Below are positions 23,080 through 24,992 of a DNA stretch of 24,992 nt, one piece after another; the first letter of the stretch is position 1, and every line of letters starts with the position of its first letter. This DNA is from a virus (Duplodnaviria; Caudoviricetes). Made by a program: the position numbers and the translations under genes. The notes beneath the pieces are model-generated. The model had not been told where the DNA came from, ran no database searches, and saw only the letters and a program-made list of their open reading frames with translations. The stretch lies in IMG/VR virus record IMGVR_UViG_3300032320_001056, positions 1-24,992 of that record; one strand, written 5' to 3'.

Positions 23080-24992
23080 ATGAAGAAAGAAATTTTAAAA
23101 ATTGCTGGTGTTAAATCTGAAGCTGAGTTCTACAAGAAGTTTCCTACAGAGGCAGCTTTCATGAAAGTTCATGGAAAAGAATTCAAGAAAGCTAAGATGG
23201 GAGCATCTATGATTAAGAAGCAATTAACCCAGCTTACAGATTTCTCTAATCCTCCACAGGCAGAGATGGGGAGCTATATTGGTGGTGATTCTACAGGATA
23301 TCAAAATATTAATTTTGGTAAAGTTTATGGTGACATCGACTCATCAGTTGGTGTGAGTAGCCAAATGGAAGAGATGCAGGATAAGCTTGACTATCTAAAG
23401 CAACAAGACCAAGGTCCAATAGCATCAGCTTCTAAACAAGAAGGAGCAGGTGGTATGGATATAGAAAAAGTTGCACAAGCAGCTAAGATTGCAGGAATGT
23501 TTGCTGGAGTTCCTCCTATGAAACGTGGTGGTAATATTCCAAAGTATCAAAATGCTGGACCAGGATTAAAACCAACTGCTCCTTCATATATGCAGTTTGG
23601 TCCACAGTTAACCACTCTTGATCCTATGACTGGAAACGTTACATCTAACGCTACTGGAAAGGTTACACAGGGACAAACACAAATGCTTGATGATCAATTC
23701 TATGCACAACAACAAGGTGCACAACAACCTGCACAACCTGCACAAAAACAACAAACATCACTTGCCACTACAGCAGGGGGAAGACTTTTGGACAAAGGAT
23801 TGAAAGCAATGGGTCCTCTTGGGAAACCTATTAGTCAAGTGGTAAATGCTGGTAGGCAGATTAAACAATCAATTGAGCAAGCTGCACAAGCTAGACAAGC
23901 TGGTGCTCTTAGTAAACTTGCACTACAAGCTTCTTCTATGAGACCAGAAGAAACTAAACGTAGATACAATCGTCCTGAAGATGCAATGGTTGATCCAAAT
24001 CAACTTTCTCCTTCTTATGGAACAGGATATGATGTGATGCAAGCCACTGCTGAATATGGTGCACAGATTGGCGGTAATCCTACAGAGATACAAAATATGT
24101 ACAATCCTGGAGATTTGTACATGGATCTTGGATATGAACCATTGAACGATAATGATCAAGTGAAACAATATAGAAGAGGTGGTAGATTGAAAATTGCACA
24201 GGGTGGACTTAGTATGCCAACTAATCCAATGTTTAATAAAATTGGTAATACAGCAGAGGTTGCTGGTGGTGTTGTTAGTGGTATTATAGATATGGGCACT
24301 GAAAAACGCATGAAAGAGAATCAACAGATTCTTGGACAAACTGCTTTCCAGTCAGCTACACAAGGAATGCAAAATCAAAATGCTGCATTCATGGAAGATG
24401 GTGGATGGGTTAGTCATGATTGGCAGCCACAAGTGATTACACAATTTGGCGGTTATAATCTCAAAGATCTTCTTAAAGATGATCCAACTATGGACACATT
24501 AAGAAGTGGTGGTCATTTAAAAGACTATAGTTACACTCCTCCTAGTGCTGAAGCATTAGAAACTATGGCAATGGGTGGTCAACTTAAAACTACATGGGGT
24601 GGATATGCTGAACCTATTTCACAGAACCCATATCTCCCAGGATCTGGAGAAACTGTAATGTTCAGGGGTAAATCACATGAAGAAAGTGATGGAAATGGAC
24701 ATACAGGAATTGGTGTTAAGTATGGTAGTGGTGGTCACGATAGCTACACTGACTATGCTGAATATGGAACAGAACAAGCTGATGCTGATGTTGAAGTGGA
24801 AAGAGGTGAACCAGCTACAGAACTTATGGATAGAGCCACTGGAGAAACTAGCATGATTGTTTATGGTGATATGAAGATTCCTTCTTATGGTGTAAGTGAA
24901 CTTAAAGATCCAAAAGCAAAAGGTAAGAAGTTTAAGAACTATGCAAACGATCTTAGTAAAATAGAAAAAAGACAAAGTTCTATTCTAGAGAA
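23080..24992 (+). CDS. Putative virion cargo protein (more than 637 aa, truncated by the window end; absent from the ORF track)
   Basis: ATG at 23080 (MKKEILKIAGVKSEAEFYKKFPTEAAFMK); I found no stop in this frame to the end. G/Q/A/M-rich with many xxxGG motifs, plus 'GKSHEE' and 'VEVERGE' segments. Confidence 0.75.
   Translation, partial: MKKEILKIAGVKSEAEFYKKFPTEAAFMKVHGKEFKKAKMGASMIKKQLTQLTDFSNPPQAEMGSYIGGDSTGYQNINFGKVYGDIDSSVGVSSQMEEMQDKLDYLKQQDQGPIASASKQEGAGGMDIEKVAQAAKIAGMFAGVPPMKRGGNIPKYQNAGPGLKPTAPSYMQFGPQLTTLDPMTGNVTSNATGKVTQGQTQMLDDQFYAQQQGAQQPAQPAQKQQTSLATTAGGRLLDKGLKAMGPLGKPISQVVNAGRQIKQSIEQAAQARQAGALSKLALQASSMRPEETKRRYNRPEDAMVDPNQLSPSYGTGYDVMQATAEYGAQIGGNPTEIQNMYNPGDLYMDLGYEPLNDNDQVKQYRRGGRLKIAQGGLSMPTNPMFNKIGNTAEVAGGVVSGIIDMGTEKRMKENQQILGQTAFQSATQGMQNQNAAFMEDGGWVSHDWQPQVITQFGGYNLKDLLKDDPTMDTLRSGGHLKDYSYTPPSAEALETMAMGGQLKTTWGGYAEPISQNPYLPGSGETVMFRGKSHEESDGNGHTGIGVKYGSGGHDSYTDYAEYGTEQADADVEVERGEPATELMDRATGETSMIVYGDMKIPSYGVSELKDPKAKGKKFKNYANDLSKIEKRQSSILE

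Noticed and set aside
1-24992. Stop-codon reassignment (TAG or TGA), known in some crAss-like phages
   Set aside because: Genes tile densely under the standard code. TAG (740, 5985, 7138) and TGA (217, 5257, 7929, 12930) end genes at sensible junctions, and long ORFs are not fragmented.

Overview
A 25-kb, AT-rich, all plus-strand stretch of a tailed phage genome. Gene order and protein motifs best fit the virion (head-tail-cargo) module of a crAss-like phage (Crassvirales-type); family and structural names come from motif memory and synteny, not from database searches. A Bacteroidota host is suggested by TTTG-N19/20-TAnnTTTA promoter-like sites and A-rich starts with no obvious Shine-Dalgarno. 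Gene order: small ORF, SPFH/Band-7 protein, acidic scaffold-like protein, major capsid protein, HNH endonuclease, conserved head/ring proteins, a Cys-rich cluster with a tail-collar protein, a calcineurin-like phosphoesterase, ring/HU-like/tail-tubular proteins with a second HNH, a nozzle (muzzle/Tstab)-like gene apparently split in two, a GIY-YIG endonuclease, and two putative ejected cargo proteins, the last running off the window. The most unusual items are: (1) a modular 877-aa cargo protein with ADP-ribosyltransferase-like and zincin-like cassettes bounded by repeated xxxGG motifs and terminal KNGGWLD repeats; (2) endonucleases at gene junctions that duplicated or captured neighbouring gene starts and ends; (3) the split nozzle with a Thr/Ser stalk; (4) a GC-rich multi-hairpin element after the capsid gene. 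The standard genetic code fits the whole window.
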